Positions 42,371 to 51,570 of a DNA stretch of 64,000 bases are shown piece after piece. Each line of letters begins with the position of its first letter. Positions within the stretch are counted from its first letter, which is position 1. The translations under genes and the position numbers were made by a program. Under the pieces are notes generated by a model. That model had not been told where the DNA came from. It saw only the letters and a list, made by a program, of their open reading frames with translations, and did not search any database. This DNA comes from a bacterium (GTDB taxonomy: Bacteria > Zhuqueibacterota > QNDG01 > JAFGCO01). Location: positions 108,321 to 172,320 of the forward strand of contig JAFGCO010000011.1 in the NCBI GenBank assembly GCA_016932575.1, given 5' to 3'.

Positions 42371-43426
42371 TCAAAAACCAGGCAAATCCCGATATCTCTT
42401 TTTCCTCATCACGAAAAATAAAAACGCTACACTGCCATGATACATCCGTCTCATGACGCGTGTGTCTTTCAATTTTCGAATACGTTTTACATCACTTCTG
42501 CCCCGGATCACGGTTTTCCATTGCCGAATAACACCGAATAAACCTATCGGTACAGCAAGAACCCGTTTGTATTGTCCAGAGACCCCCCCAAAAATCATAG
42601 TGCCTAATTCAAGTATCAGCCTCATGGGAAAAAGCCAAAGCAATGTTAATAATGAATAATTTCTCAATATCATCAGCAGATTATTACGATGATTCAGCAC
42701 CATTTTCATTAAATGCTCCTGACCCAGCGTGCCTCCGGTTTGATGGTATACCACTGACTGCGGTGCTGTGCATACCCGATATCCCGCCAGATGGAAACGC
42801 CAGCACAAATCGATCTCCTCCATATGTGCAAAAAACGATTCTTCAAAAACACCCACAGCATTTAAAACCTCACGTCTTAAAATCATGGCCGCTCCGGTCG
42901 CCCAAAAAATATCCCGTGTTTCATCATATTGGCCTGTGTCTTTTTCCATTATATGAAAAAGACGGCCTCTCGCGAAAGGATATCCGAAAATGTCCATTTC
43001 GCCACCGGCCGCACCGCAATAATCGAATTTTTGCCGATTGTCAATCGATCTGACCTTGGGTTGAACCGCGGCAACATCCGGATTTTCTTTCATAAGCTCA
43101 ACAAGGGAACCGAGCCAGCTTTCTGTCACTTCCGCATCATTGTTTAAAAGAGCAATCAAATCCGATGCGGAGTGTGATATACCATAATTGCATCCCCCGG
43201 CATACCCCCGATTCACTCTGCTTTTTAAAATTTGAACCTTTGGAAATTCCCGCTCGACCATACTTAGGCTGTTATCTGTGGAACCGTTATCCACAATCAG
43301 AACAGAATAATGAGGATATCGGGTTTTTTTCAGGGAAAGCAGACAACGGCGAAGGATGGCTTCGCCGTTGTAATGAGGAATAATGATGATAACGTTGTAT
43401 TCGTCGGAATCCAATGCATAAACCAC
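42371..43426 (-). CDS. GT2 family glycosyltransferase
   Basis: 351 aa; IIIPHYNGE...VDNGSTD...NNDAEV...EEIDLCWR. Confidence 0.85.
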   Translation of the reverse strand: MVYALDSDEYNVIIIIPHYNGEAILRRCLLSLKKTRYPHYSVLIVDNGSTDNSLSMVEREFPKVQILKSRVNRGYAGGCNYGISHSASDLIALLNNDAEVTESWLGSLVELMKENPDVAAVQPKVRSIDNRQKFDYCGAAGGEMDIFGYPFARGRLFHIMEKDTGQYDETRDIFWATGAAMILRREVLNAVGVFEESFFAHMEEIDLCWRFHLAGYRVCTAPQSVVYHQTGGTLGQEHLMKMVLNHRNNLLMILRNYSLLTLLWLFPMRLILELGTMIFGGVSGQYKRVLAVPIGLFGVIRQWKTVIRGRSDVKRIRKLKDTRVMRRMYHGSVAFLFFVMRKKRYRDLPGF

Positions 43427-43434
43427 AATTTCTC

Positions 43435-46197
43435 TTAGGGAAGCATATCGGCTGTCGATCCGGTCGTGGTGTCATTTCCCATGAGCCTCATTAAAGATTC
43501 CAGCTCTTTTTTCGCATTGGGATCACCCGGATTCTGTTGCAGCCATTCTTCCAGAAACGCAACAGCGCGCTCATATTGACCGGATTGTCTATATAGGTAA
43601 AACAATTCTGACTGTGTACGCATATCATTGGGATCATCCTCTATCAATTCATTGAGAACCTCTTCAGCATAGTCGTACATTCGAAACACATAAGCCGCAT
43701 AGCTGGCTGTTTCCCGGGTTTCCTGTTTTGATTTGATACGGCCAGGAATTACATTTTTAATTCTTTCTTCGATATCGACATCCATACCCAGATCGCGTGC
43801 CACCTTATTCAGCAACATTGCTGTCAACTCACTGGGATAATAAATTTTTTCTGGAGGCATGAGCTCATCCATGGTCTGATATACCTCGACTGCCAGGTCT
43901 CTCTCACCTTCACTCTGATAGGTCTGCGCCAATCGAATAAACGCGGATCGATAATTACCCAGCAATTTTAAAATATTGGTATTTAAATGGACCGAAGGAT
44001 CATTCAGCCCTCGATACTGATATTTTTCCAAAATGTTTCTGTGCAACACATCCGGATTGACATTGTCATTCACTTCGTACGGCATCACCCGAAAAGCCAG
44101 CCCGTCCATACGTAAATAAGAATCCAGATTGATCATATTATTATTGGCCACTGTAACAGCAAAATACACAGGTCGCTGCCACATGTTGTCATACAAAATT
44201 CTAAGAATCATTAAATCCTGCACCCGAAGCACCATCGGATTATTCTCAGGATACGTGGGCTCCAGCCTGAACGTGATTTTGTCAGGAATGCCTTCGAGTA
44301 TTTTCTTGCGTTCGTTCAGTTCCATGGTTTTGGATGCATCCCGCTGATTTTGATCCGTTCCCAAAAGCGCATCGGCTTCACGCTCCCGGATTTGCGGCGG
44401 TACCGGAATGGAAATATCCTGGGATTCCCACTGACGGTAATTGATCTCATCAATTTCCCTGTTTTTCAAGCGTATGGGTACTTTAGGTTCTTCATCACGC
44501 AATTGATAAATATACCAGGGCGTATTCAGCAGGGACAAATTTACAACCCGGACATCTTTCCGAATACCCTCCACTTCCTGCAGGTACCAAAGCGGGAACG
44601 TGTCATTGTCACCGTTTGTAAAAATTATGGCATTGGGTTCACAAGTTTGAAGAATGTTATAAGAATAATCATAAGCGACATAATTGCCGGACCGGTTATG
44701 TGATTCATAATTAAATGCGATCAGATTCACCGGAACGATAATGAGAAGAATGATTGTAACAAGCCCAAAAATCGCCTTTTTAAGCGCAATTCTATCCTTG
44801 ACCGCTTCTGAAATCCATTCCAGAATGCCTGCCATGCCGATACCGATCCAGAGTGCAAAAGCAAAGAAGCTGCCGACATACGAATAGTCACGCTCCCGGG
44901 GCTGGGGGTCGGGCTGGTTCAAATAGATAATAATGGCATATCCGGTAATCAGAAAGAACACAAGAACAGCGACTGCCCGTTTCCAGTCCCTGCTGAAATG
45001 GTGTACCGCACCCCAGACACCCACAAAAAAAGGCAAGCCGTACAATCCGCGCACACTGATAATATCGACCAGACGGTCGTGATAATCCATCGCAATGCCT
45101 TTGCCGATAAACTGCCAGCCGAAATAACGAGTATACATCATCTGTATCTGATAATTCCAAAAATCGGCTTTGCGGTATAAAAATGTCAGGAGCATGCTCT
45201 CCTGACCATACTGTTTCCTTCCAAGGTAATCCATCATCGCCTGAAACGTGGATGGATTATTTTCATTGATCGGCGGATTCATACCCGCACGAACATAGAT
45301 CATGAGATACGTTGAATATCCGACAATAACGAGTACGGGTAAAACCCACCAGGCGGCAAAAGCTTTCCGGTCTTTATAGTACATATACATAAGGGTGATA
45401 ACGACCCAAATGCCGCCAAACCATTTCAGAAAATTCCAGGCTTGAGCCTGGTGCTCGAGCATGTTTACACCCATTTTTTCAGGATCGTACTGATAAATCA
45501 GAATGTATAAAGTGATCGGTACAATGCCCTGAATAATAATCAGCATTAACAAATTGCGTACAGATTGATTATGATGAAAATAGGCAATAAGCAGCACAAA
45601 AGGAAATGCCAGAATATTCAGTAAATGGACGCCTGCGGCCAGACCGAAAAGATAGAAAATAAAAAAGATAAGCAACATGCTTCCCGTTTTTTCAGAGCGC
45701 TCGCCCCATAACAGGGCCAGCCAGATGACCAGTGCCGTGAAGAATATGGAAAATCCATAGACCTCAGCTTCAACTGCATTAAACCAGTGGCTGTCCGTAA
45801 ATGCAAAGGCCAGGGCGCCGAACAATGCACTTCCGTACATGATCCAGAGATCCTCCCAGGTCCTGGCTTCGCCCCGCCAGCGGCGGATCAACTGAACGAT
45901 AATTAAAAAAGTCAGGAACACTGTAGCCGCACTGATAAAAACCGTAAACATGTTTACTCTCAGACCAATATCCTCAAAAAAGGGCAGCATGGTCATGATC
46001 CGTCCGATCAGCAGATAAAGAGGCGCACCCGGGGGGTGAATGACACCGAGAATATATGATGACGCGATAAATTCGCCACAATCCCAAAATGAGGTGGTCG
46101 GCGCAACAGTGCTGTAATACACCAAAAAGGAAATGATAAAAACCAGCCCGCCAAAAATATATTGTATGCGACGATTTAAAGATTCAACGAATTGCAT
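43435..46197 (-). CDS. DUF2723-type GT-C fold membrane glycosyltransferase with C-terminal TPR repeats (PMT/ArnT/TMTC-like)
   Basis: 920 aa; N-terminal FWDCGEF...HPPGAPLY, about 11 TM helices, large periplasmic loops, C-terminal TPR-like helices; SD GGAGG. Confidence 0.7.
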   Translation of the reverse strand: MQFVESLNRRIQYIFGGLVFIISFLVYYSTVAPTTSFWDCGEFIASSYILGVIHPPGAPLYLLIGRIMTMLPFFEDIGLRVNMFTVFISAATVFLTFLIIVQLIRRWRGEARTWEDLWIMYGSALFGALAFAFTDSHWFNAVEAEVYGFSIFFTALVIWLALLWGERSEKTGSMLLIFFIFYLFGLAAGVHLLNILAFPFVLLIAYFHHNQSVRNLLMLIIIQGIVPITLYILIYQYDPEKMGVNMLEHQAQAWNFLKWFGGIWVVITLMYMYYKDRKAFAAWWVLPVLVIVGYSTYLMIYVRAGMNPPINENNPSTFQAMMDYLGRKQYGQESMLLTFLYRKADFWNYQIQMMYTRYFGWQFIGKGIAMDYHDRLVDIISVRGLYGLPFFVGVWGAVHHFSRDWKRAVAVLVFFLITGYAIIIYLNQPDPQPRERDYSYVGSFFAFALWIGIGMAGILEWISEAVKDRIALKKAIFGLVTIILLIIVPVNLIAFNYESHNRSGNYVAYDYSYNILQTCEPNAIIFTNGDNDTFPLWYLQEVEGIRKDVRVVNLSLLNTPWYIYQLRDEEPKVPIRLKNREIDEINYRQWESQDISIPVPPQIREREADALLGTDQNQRDASKTMELNERKKILEGIPDKITFRLEPTYPENNPMVLRVQDLMILRILYDNMWQRPVYFAVTVANNNMINLDSYLRMDGLAFRVMPYEVNDNVNPDVLHRNILEKYQYRGLNDPSVHLNTNILKLLGNYRSAFIRLAQTYQSEGERDLAVEVYQTMDELMPPEKIYYPSELTAMLLNKVARDLGMDVDIEERIKNVIPGRIKSKQETRETASYAAYVFRMYDYAEEVLNELIEDDPNDMRTQSELFYLYRQSGQYERAVAFLEEWLQQNPGDPNAKKELESLMRLMGNDTTTGSTADMLP

Positions 46198-46618
46198 GCA
46201 ATGCCTCCATTAATGCTTTTTGAACCTATTGCAACGAAAAATGTTAAAAATATATACAGCCGTTTTTAAAATAATAAACTGATCCATGATTCAGACGGGA
46301 TTCAGGCTTTTTCAATCCCTTGCTTTGAACTGCCTTGTTTTTTCGAGAACTCATCCAGGTTTTGATAAACAAGATGAAAGCTGTTTAAGATACGGCAAAA
46401 TTTCATTGAAATCAAGAAATAACATGATTTCATAAAAGACAAAATAAGGACGAAAGAAAACAAAAAAAAGTTTTTATAAGTTGTTTTTCAAAGGAACTTC
46501 AATTGGTTCTGTGCATAAAATTATAAGCGGTAAAAATTCAGGTCTTGTCTTTCACATTAAGCAAGGAGCTTTATCATCCTTCAGCCTGCAATAAAAACAA
46601 ATTCCATGGTGAGTAAAA

Positions 46619-49600
46619 ATGAAGAAAAAAAATCATTTCATTTCAAGACGATCCTTTTTCAACAAAAGCGCCGCCGGAACACTGGGTTTCATCCTGTCTC
46701 CCTCATCATTCAATCGATTGTTCAGTGCTTCTCTTTCTGACGGAGATAAATCATCTGTGGTAGTGGTGACAGATGAAAATGTGGTGGGTTCAAATCAGGA
46801 AGGAATCGATTCCGCAGTGGTTCAATCCATGATAGACGCCGCGATTCGGATTCTTACAGGAATCAATGATCTCGGAAATGCCTGGAAAACCCTTTTTCCC
46901 GGAATCACATCAAAAAGCATCATCAGTATTAAGGTCAATTGTATCAACAGACGTATGGCAAGCCATAAAAAAGTTGCCTATGCGATTGCGCATGGACTGA
47001 CTCAAATGCAATTCGATGGAATGTCATTTGCCGAAAACAATATCATCATTTGGGATCGCAAAGAAGGTGAACTGAAAAATGCTGGATACACATTAAATAC
47101 ATCTTCCAAAGGAATTCGTTGCTATGCCAGCAACAGTTCCTGTGCCGGTTATTCAAAAAAAAATTATAACGTCTATGGCAGTCGCCAGGCCCTGAGTCGT
47201 ATACTGACCGATCAGACAGATTTTCTTATTAACCTGTCTATACTGAAAAATCATGGATCAGCCGGTGTCACCCTGAGCATGAAGAACCATTTGGGATCCT
47301 GCGACGATCCGGCGAAATTGCACCCCAATTACTGCAGTCCCTACATTGCAGCATTAAACGATAAAGACGCAATCAAGACGAAACAAATGCTCTGCATATG
47401 CGATGCCCTCTATGGCATCGTTTCTGGCGGCCCCTCCGGATCTCCTCAGGTGGCACCTAAATCCCTGATTGTAAGCCGGGATCCGGTGGCGCACGATACG
47501 ATTGGTTCTCAGATATTAGAGCAATTTGGATGCAGGACAGTACACAAAGCCATTCATATTGCCGCGGCGGCTTCAACCGGTTATTATCTTGGCACCAATG
47601 ATCCTGCTAAAATCGATCTGCTGGAAATTAAAAATCCATCATCACAGATTATTGAAAATCCGCCTTCTGAAAAAAGCCGGGTTGTCAGTGTGTCTGACGA
47701 CAGAGCTGTACAGAAAAAGGAAGACCAGATATCAATTCGGGAAGACATTATCCAGGTGATGGTGGATGAAGGTATCTGCCGCACCATGCAGAAAACAGAT
47801 GTGGGTGAAGCATGGAAGAAGCTGTTTCCCGGGCTCACCCGGGACAGTGTGATCGGAATCAAGGTGAACTGCGAAAATAACCACCTTTCCAGCCATTCTG
47901 AAGTTGCCATGTCTATTGTCAACGGATTAAAACGGATGGAGGTTAACGGCAGCGGCTTTCCTGAAAAAAACATTCTGATTTGGGATCGCAATGAATCGAA
48001 TCTGACATCGGCGGGGTATTCACTGAATCAAGGGGGGAGCGGTGTGCAGATTTATGGTACCGACAGGGAGGGTGTTGGCTATTCAGATCCGCCTTACACG
48101 GTTTGCGGTCAATCTCAGAGATTAAGTGCTATTCTGACGGAAAAAACCGACTACTTAATCAATCTTTCGGTATTAAGCAATCACGAAATTCTGGGTGCGG
48201 CTCTGGGAATGTACAGTCAAACAAGAAGCTGTGAATATCCTGAACTTCTTTATGAAAATGCCGGTAATCCCGGCATTCCCGCTCTGAATAACCTCTCTCC
48301 CATCCGGGACAAACAGGTGATATCTGTTTGCGATGCTGTTTTAGGAATCATCAGTGATGGATCCCAGGGAAAAATACCTGTCACATCCAGACAGCTTCTT
48401 TTCAGCCGGGATCCGGTCGCCAATGACTGGGTCGCTTCTGAAATTCTGAGAAATCATGGATGCAATACTGTGGATAAAGCTGCTTATATCGAAACCGCAT
48501 CGCATATTCCGTATAATCTCGGTACCAATGATCCTGAATGGATAGAACTGGAAAATGTGATCAATCCGTCACTCGGAATCATTGAAGATCCGCCTGAAGC
48601 CAAAAGCACGGTGGTGAAGGTTTATGATGAGCATGCAATTGCAGGTACAGGGAATTCTGAACAATTGAATGCCGCAGTGATTCAGGCCATGGTGGATGCG
48701 GGGATTTGCAGGTTGACAGGGATGACACATGTCGGAGAAGCCTGGAAAAGCATGTTTCCAGAAATCACCCGAAACAGTATCATCGGAATACGGATAAACT
48801 GTGACAACCATCCTTCCAGTCATCCGGAAGTTGTCCGTGCAGTCATCAACGGGATTGTCCAGATGCAAGTCGAAGAAAGTCCGTTTCCGGAAGAGCATAT
48901 CATTGTTTGGGCATCTTCGGAAGCAGACCTTCTTGCTTCAGGTTATACAATCAGAAAGCAGGGAAACGGATATCGATGCTATGCCACAGACAGTTCCGGA
49001 AAAGGATACACAACGTCCACATTGACAGTGATGAATTCAGAGCAGAAATTAAGCAGGATACTAATGGACGAGATCGATTATTGTATTAATTTGCCTGTAC
49101 TGCGGTCTCATGATACGGCGGGTGTGTCTTTGGGATTGATGAACAGTCTGAAAGATTGCCATAATCCGGAAGCACTCTCCGGTAATCATTACGATCCAGG
49201 CATTGCCGAGCTTAATTATCTTTCTGTGATTCGTGAAAAGCAGGTTGTCACGCTTTGCGACGCCATTTACGGCCGGATATCGGCGGCATCAGACAATCTG
49301 GTAATGCCTCGGACACTGACCATCAGCCGGGATCCTGTAGCGCACGACATGGTGGCATCCGAAATATTAAAAACACAGGGATGCGAAACCACAGAAGAAG
49401 CTACATATATCGATACGGCTGCACATTATCCTTACCGGCTCGGAACCAATGATCCGGATTGGATGAGGTTAGTGGAGGTGCAGAATCCCGCCGGAAATAA
49501 CGGAACCGGCACTTCAACAGTTGCGCAAAAAGATTATAACGGGATCAACCATCCAGGCACATTCCAGCTTTATCCAAATTATCCCAATCCTTTTAATGGG

Positions 49601-49834
49601 CAAACACAGCTGATGTATTATTTGCCCGGATCGCAATATGTTGAACTGGATATTCTGGACGTGCAGGGACAGCGGGTCAAACGCCTGATAAATCGCATTC
49701 AGGAGCAGGGCATGCATCGGGTATTATGGAACGGCCGTTCCTCACGGGGAATGGCGCTTCCGACCGGGACCTATATTGCGCGAATCCGGTCGAATGGCAT
49801 CCATCAAACTCGTAAAATGACCCTGATCCAGTAA
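46619..49834 (+). CDS. secreted protein: twin-arginine signal + three tandem DUF362-like domains + T9SS C-terminal sorting domain
   Basis: 1071 aa; SRRSFFNK Tat motif; three ~290-aa paralogous repeats with conserved KVNC, CDA[LVI]xG, SRDPVA[HN]D, LGTNDP; C-terminal YPNYPNPFNGQT...GTYIARIRS. Confidence 0.75.
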   Translation: MKKKNHFISRRSFFNKSAAGTLGFILSPSSFNRLFSASLSDGDKSSVVVVTDENVVGSNQEGIDSAVVQSMIDAAIRILTGINDLGNAWKTLFPGITSKSIISIKVNCINRRMASHKKVAYAIAHGLTQMQFDGMSFAENNIIIWDRKEGELKNAGYTLNTSSKGIRCYASNSSCAGYSKKNYNVYGSRQALSRILTDQTDFLINLSILKNHGSAGVTLSMKNHLGSCDDPAKLHPNYCSPYIAALNDKDAIKTKQMLCICDALYGIVSGGPSGSPQVAPKSLIVSRDPVAHDTIGSQILEQFGCRTVHKAIHIAAAASTGYYLGTNDPAKIDLLEIKNPSSQIIENPPSEKSRVVSVSDDRAVQKKEDQISIREDIIQVMVDEGICRTMQKTDVGEAWKKLFPGLTRDSVIGIKVNCENNHLSSHSEVAMSIVNGLKRMEVNGSGFPEKNILIWDRNESNLTSAGYSLNQGGSGVQIYGTDREGVGYSDPPYTVCGQSQRLSAILTEKTDYLINLSVLSNHEILGAALGMYSQTRSCEYPELLYENAGNPGIPALNNLSPIRDKQVISVCDAVLGIISDGSQGKIPVTSRQLLFSRDPVANDWVASEILRNHGCNTVDKAAYIETASHIPYNLGTNDPEWIELENVINPSLGIIEDPPEAKSTVVKVYDEHAIAGTGNSEQLNAAVIQAMVDAGICRLTGMTHVGEAWKSMFPEITRNSIIGIRINCDNHPSSHPEVVRAVINGIVQMQVEESPFPEEHIIVWASSEADLLASGYTIRKQGNGYRCYATDSSGKGYTTSTLTVMNSEQKLSRILMDEIDYCINLPVLRSHDTAGVSLGLMNSLKDCHNPEALSGNHYDPGIAELNYLSVIREKQVVTLCDAIYGRISAASDNLVMPRTLTISRDPVAHDMVASEILKTQGCETTEEATYIDTAAHYPYRLGTNDPDWMRLVEVQNPAGNNGTGTSTVAQKDYNGINHPGTFQLYPNYPNPFNGQTQLMYYLPGSQYVELDILDVQGQRVKRLINRIQEQGMHRVLWNGRSSRGMALPTGTYIARIRSNGIHQTRKMTLIQ

Positions 49835-50079
49835 AGACAGCAACGGCCGGTAAAACATGTCAGAACTTTCATCTGGAACATGTCAGAAGGAAACAGAGAA
49901 AACAGTAAACAAAAATACAATCAATATCAAAATTTGCCTGAATTCAGAATATCGTTATTTAGTCAATCACCAATGGCTCAGAAAGTGGCTTGTAATATAT
50001 GCCCTAATGAAACGGTTGTAAAACAATTTTAAACAGTAAATATGATTCTGCCTCTCCCGATTTAAGAGGCTTTGGAGGC

Positions 50080-51312
50080 TTACGTCTTCAGCTTAAACAC
50101 GATATTCATATCAATCCCCTGAGTGTTCCGGACCGTCCAAAAATCTCCCCGCAATTGAACATCTATCAGTTCGCGAAACCATTGATACTCAGTTCGGATT
50201 TTGTCTTTTTCAATATCAGGCAGCAATTCGGCGTCTTTATGACGAATCTTAACTGAGAGAGCGGAATCATCGGTGCGTTTTATCAGAATTTGAAACCGAT
50301 CTGAATCCTGATATAATTCGCGCTTTTTATTGGCTAAAAAAAGAATTTCGGAAATCACAAAAGCGAAAGGGACTGCTTGAGAAATCGGAATTAAAATATG
50401 CGGATTATCAATATGGATTTGAATTTCATTTGTCAAATGTGCATGAAAAAAATAATTGGCGATTTCAGTTAAATACTCTGAAAGATTGACCTGGTTGAAA
50501 CGATCAGACTGATGCAATTGCATATGCATCAAAATCAGAGAATAAATCATCACTCGAATTTCAGTATACAGTTTCCTTTGCGTTTCCTGCTCCGCTTGCA
50601 TAATATGTATATCCAGCAGACTGCATAAATGCTGCAGATGGGTTCTCGAGGATTGATGAACCGTACGAATGTAAGAAGACTTCTGGCGTAAAAGTTCTCG
50701 CAGCTCCTCTTCTTCCCATTTTTTTGACTTTATCTTTTTCTGATTGTCTTCACGCTCCAGTTCCATTTCTTTGATCTTGCGTTCCAGATCTTTGATCTGT
50801 GAATCACGGATCGTTTTCAGCATATCCTTGGCTTTTTGCCGGTCTTCAATCAAGGTTTTTACATAAGCACCGAACAAAACAAGCATGCAGATCGCAAAAA
50901 TCCGCATCCAGAAGCCCAGAGGATCCGGTTTAAAAATTTGCTGAAGCAAACTCCCGCGATTATAAATAAACACATCCCGTATTGCTTCCAGAATCCAGTA
51001 AATAAGACCAAACACCAGACTGAGAAGAATAATCGTCCCCTTGCCTAAAAAATCGAGATCTTTGTCCTTGGCTTCTGCTTTTTGCCTCATGGATTGAATA
51101 ATGGCACTGAATGCCATAATAATGCAAATGACCATAATCCGCATCCATAGGGACATGCTTTCCGGTGCAAAAATTCGCTGAACGAGACTGCCTTTTTCAA
51201 AGGCAATGACATCCCGGACCGATTCAAGCACCCAGTAAACCCCGGAAAAGAACAAGCCGATCCAGATAAAATTAACAACATGTTTGGACTTGATATTCAC
51301 TTGAGATGACAT
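50080..51312 (-). CDS. membrane sensor histidine kinase-like protein (HisKA_2-type H-box) with duplicated N-terminal membrane module
   Basis: Two repeats of WxLExxRDV...GSLxQxIFxP...WMRIxxIC; coiled coil; HQSSRTHLQ H-box-like and ATPase-like C-terminus; start moved to ATG 51312 preceded by AAGGAG. Confidence 0.5.
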   Translation of the reverse strand: MSSQVNIKSKHVVNFIWIGLFFSGVYWVLESVRDVIAFEKGSLVQRIFAPESMSLWMRIMVICIIMAFSAIIQSMRQKAEAKDKDLDFLGKGTIILLSLVFGLIYWILEAIRDVFIYNRGSLLQQIFKPDPLGFWMRIFAICMLVLFGAYVKTLIEDRQKAKDMLKTIRDSQIKDLERKIKEMELEREDNQKKIKSKKWEEEELRELLRQKSSYIRTVHQSSRTHLQHLCSLLDIHIMQAEQETQRKLYTEIRVMIYSLILMHMQLHQSDRFNQVNLSEYLTEIANYFFHAHLTNEIQIHIDNPHILIPISQAVPFAFVISEILFLANKKRELYQDSDRFQILIKRTDDSALSVKIRHKDAELLPDIEKDKIRTEYQWFRELIDVQLRGDFWTVRNTQGIDMNIVFKLKT

Positions 51313-51570
51313 TTTTCCACTCCTTAAAGTGAACGGATATTTCACCTCATTCACGGTAAAAATGAATAAAAAAACAGCTCTCTGGATTTAAAAGTACAAC
51401 GGAAGACTGTTGAATTATTGAAATCCTTTCACTGAGCATCTGTATTTTTTAATTTATACAAAATTAATGACATATCTGATACAGGTCATCCTTTTCAACA
51501 TCAGCAATTATCGATTTTTATCTGCAGTCCGGACCGCATGAGATCCCCTACATTTTTTGCTTGTGTTTTT

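Noticed and set aside
47526-47991. Short ORFs on both strands inside the DUF362-repeat gene
   Set aside because: Embedded in a long ORF whose three-fold internal repetition and terminal signals strongly support it as the real gene
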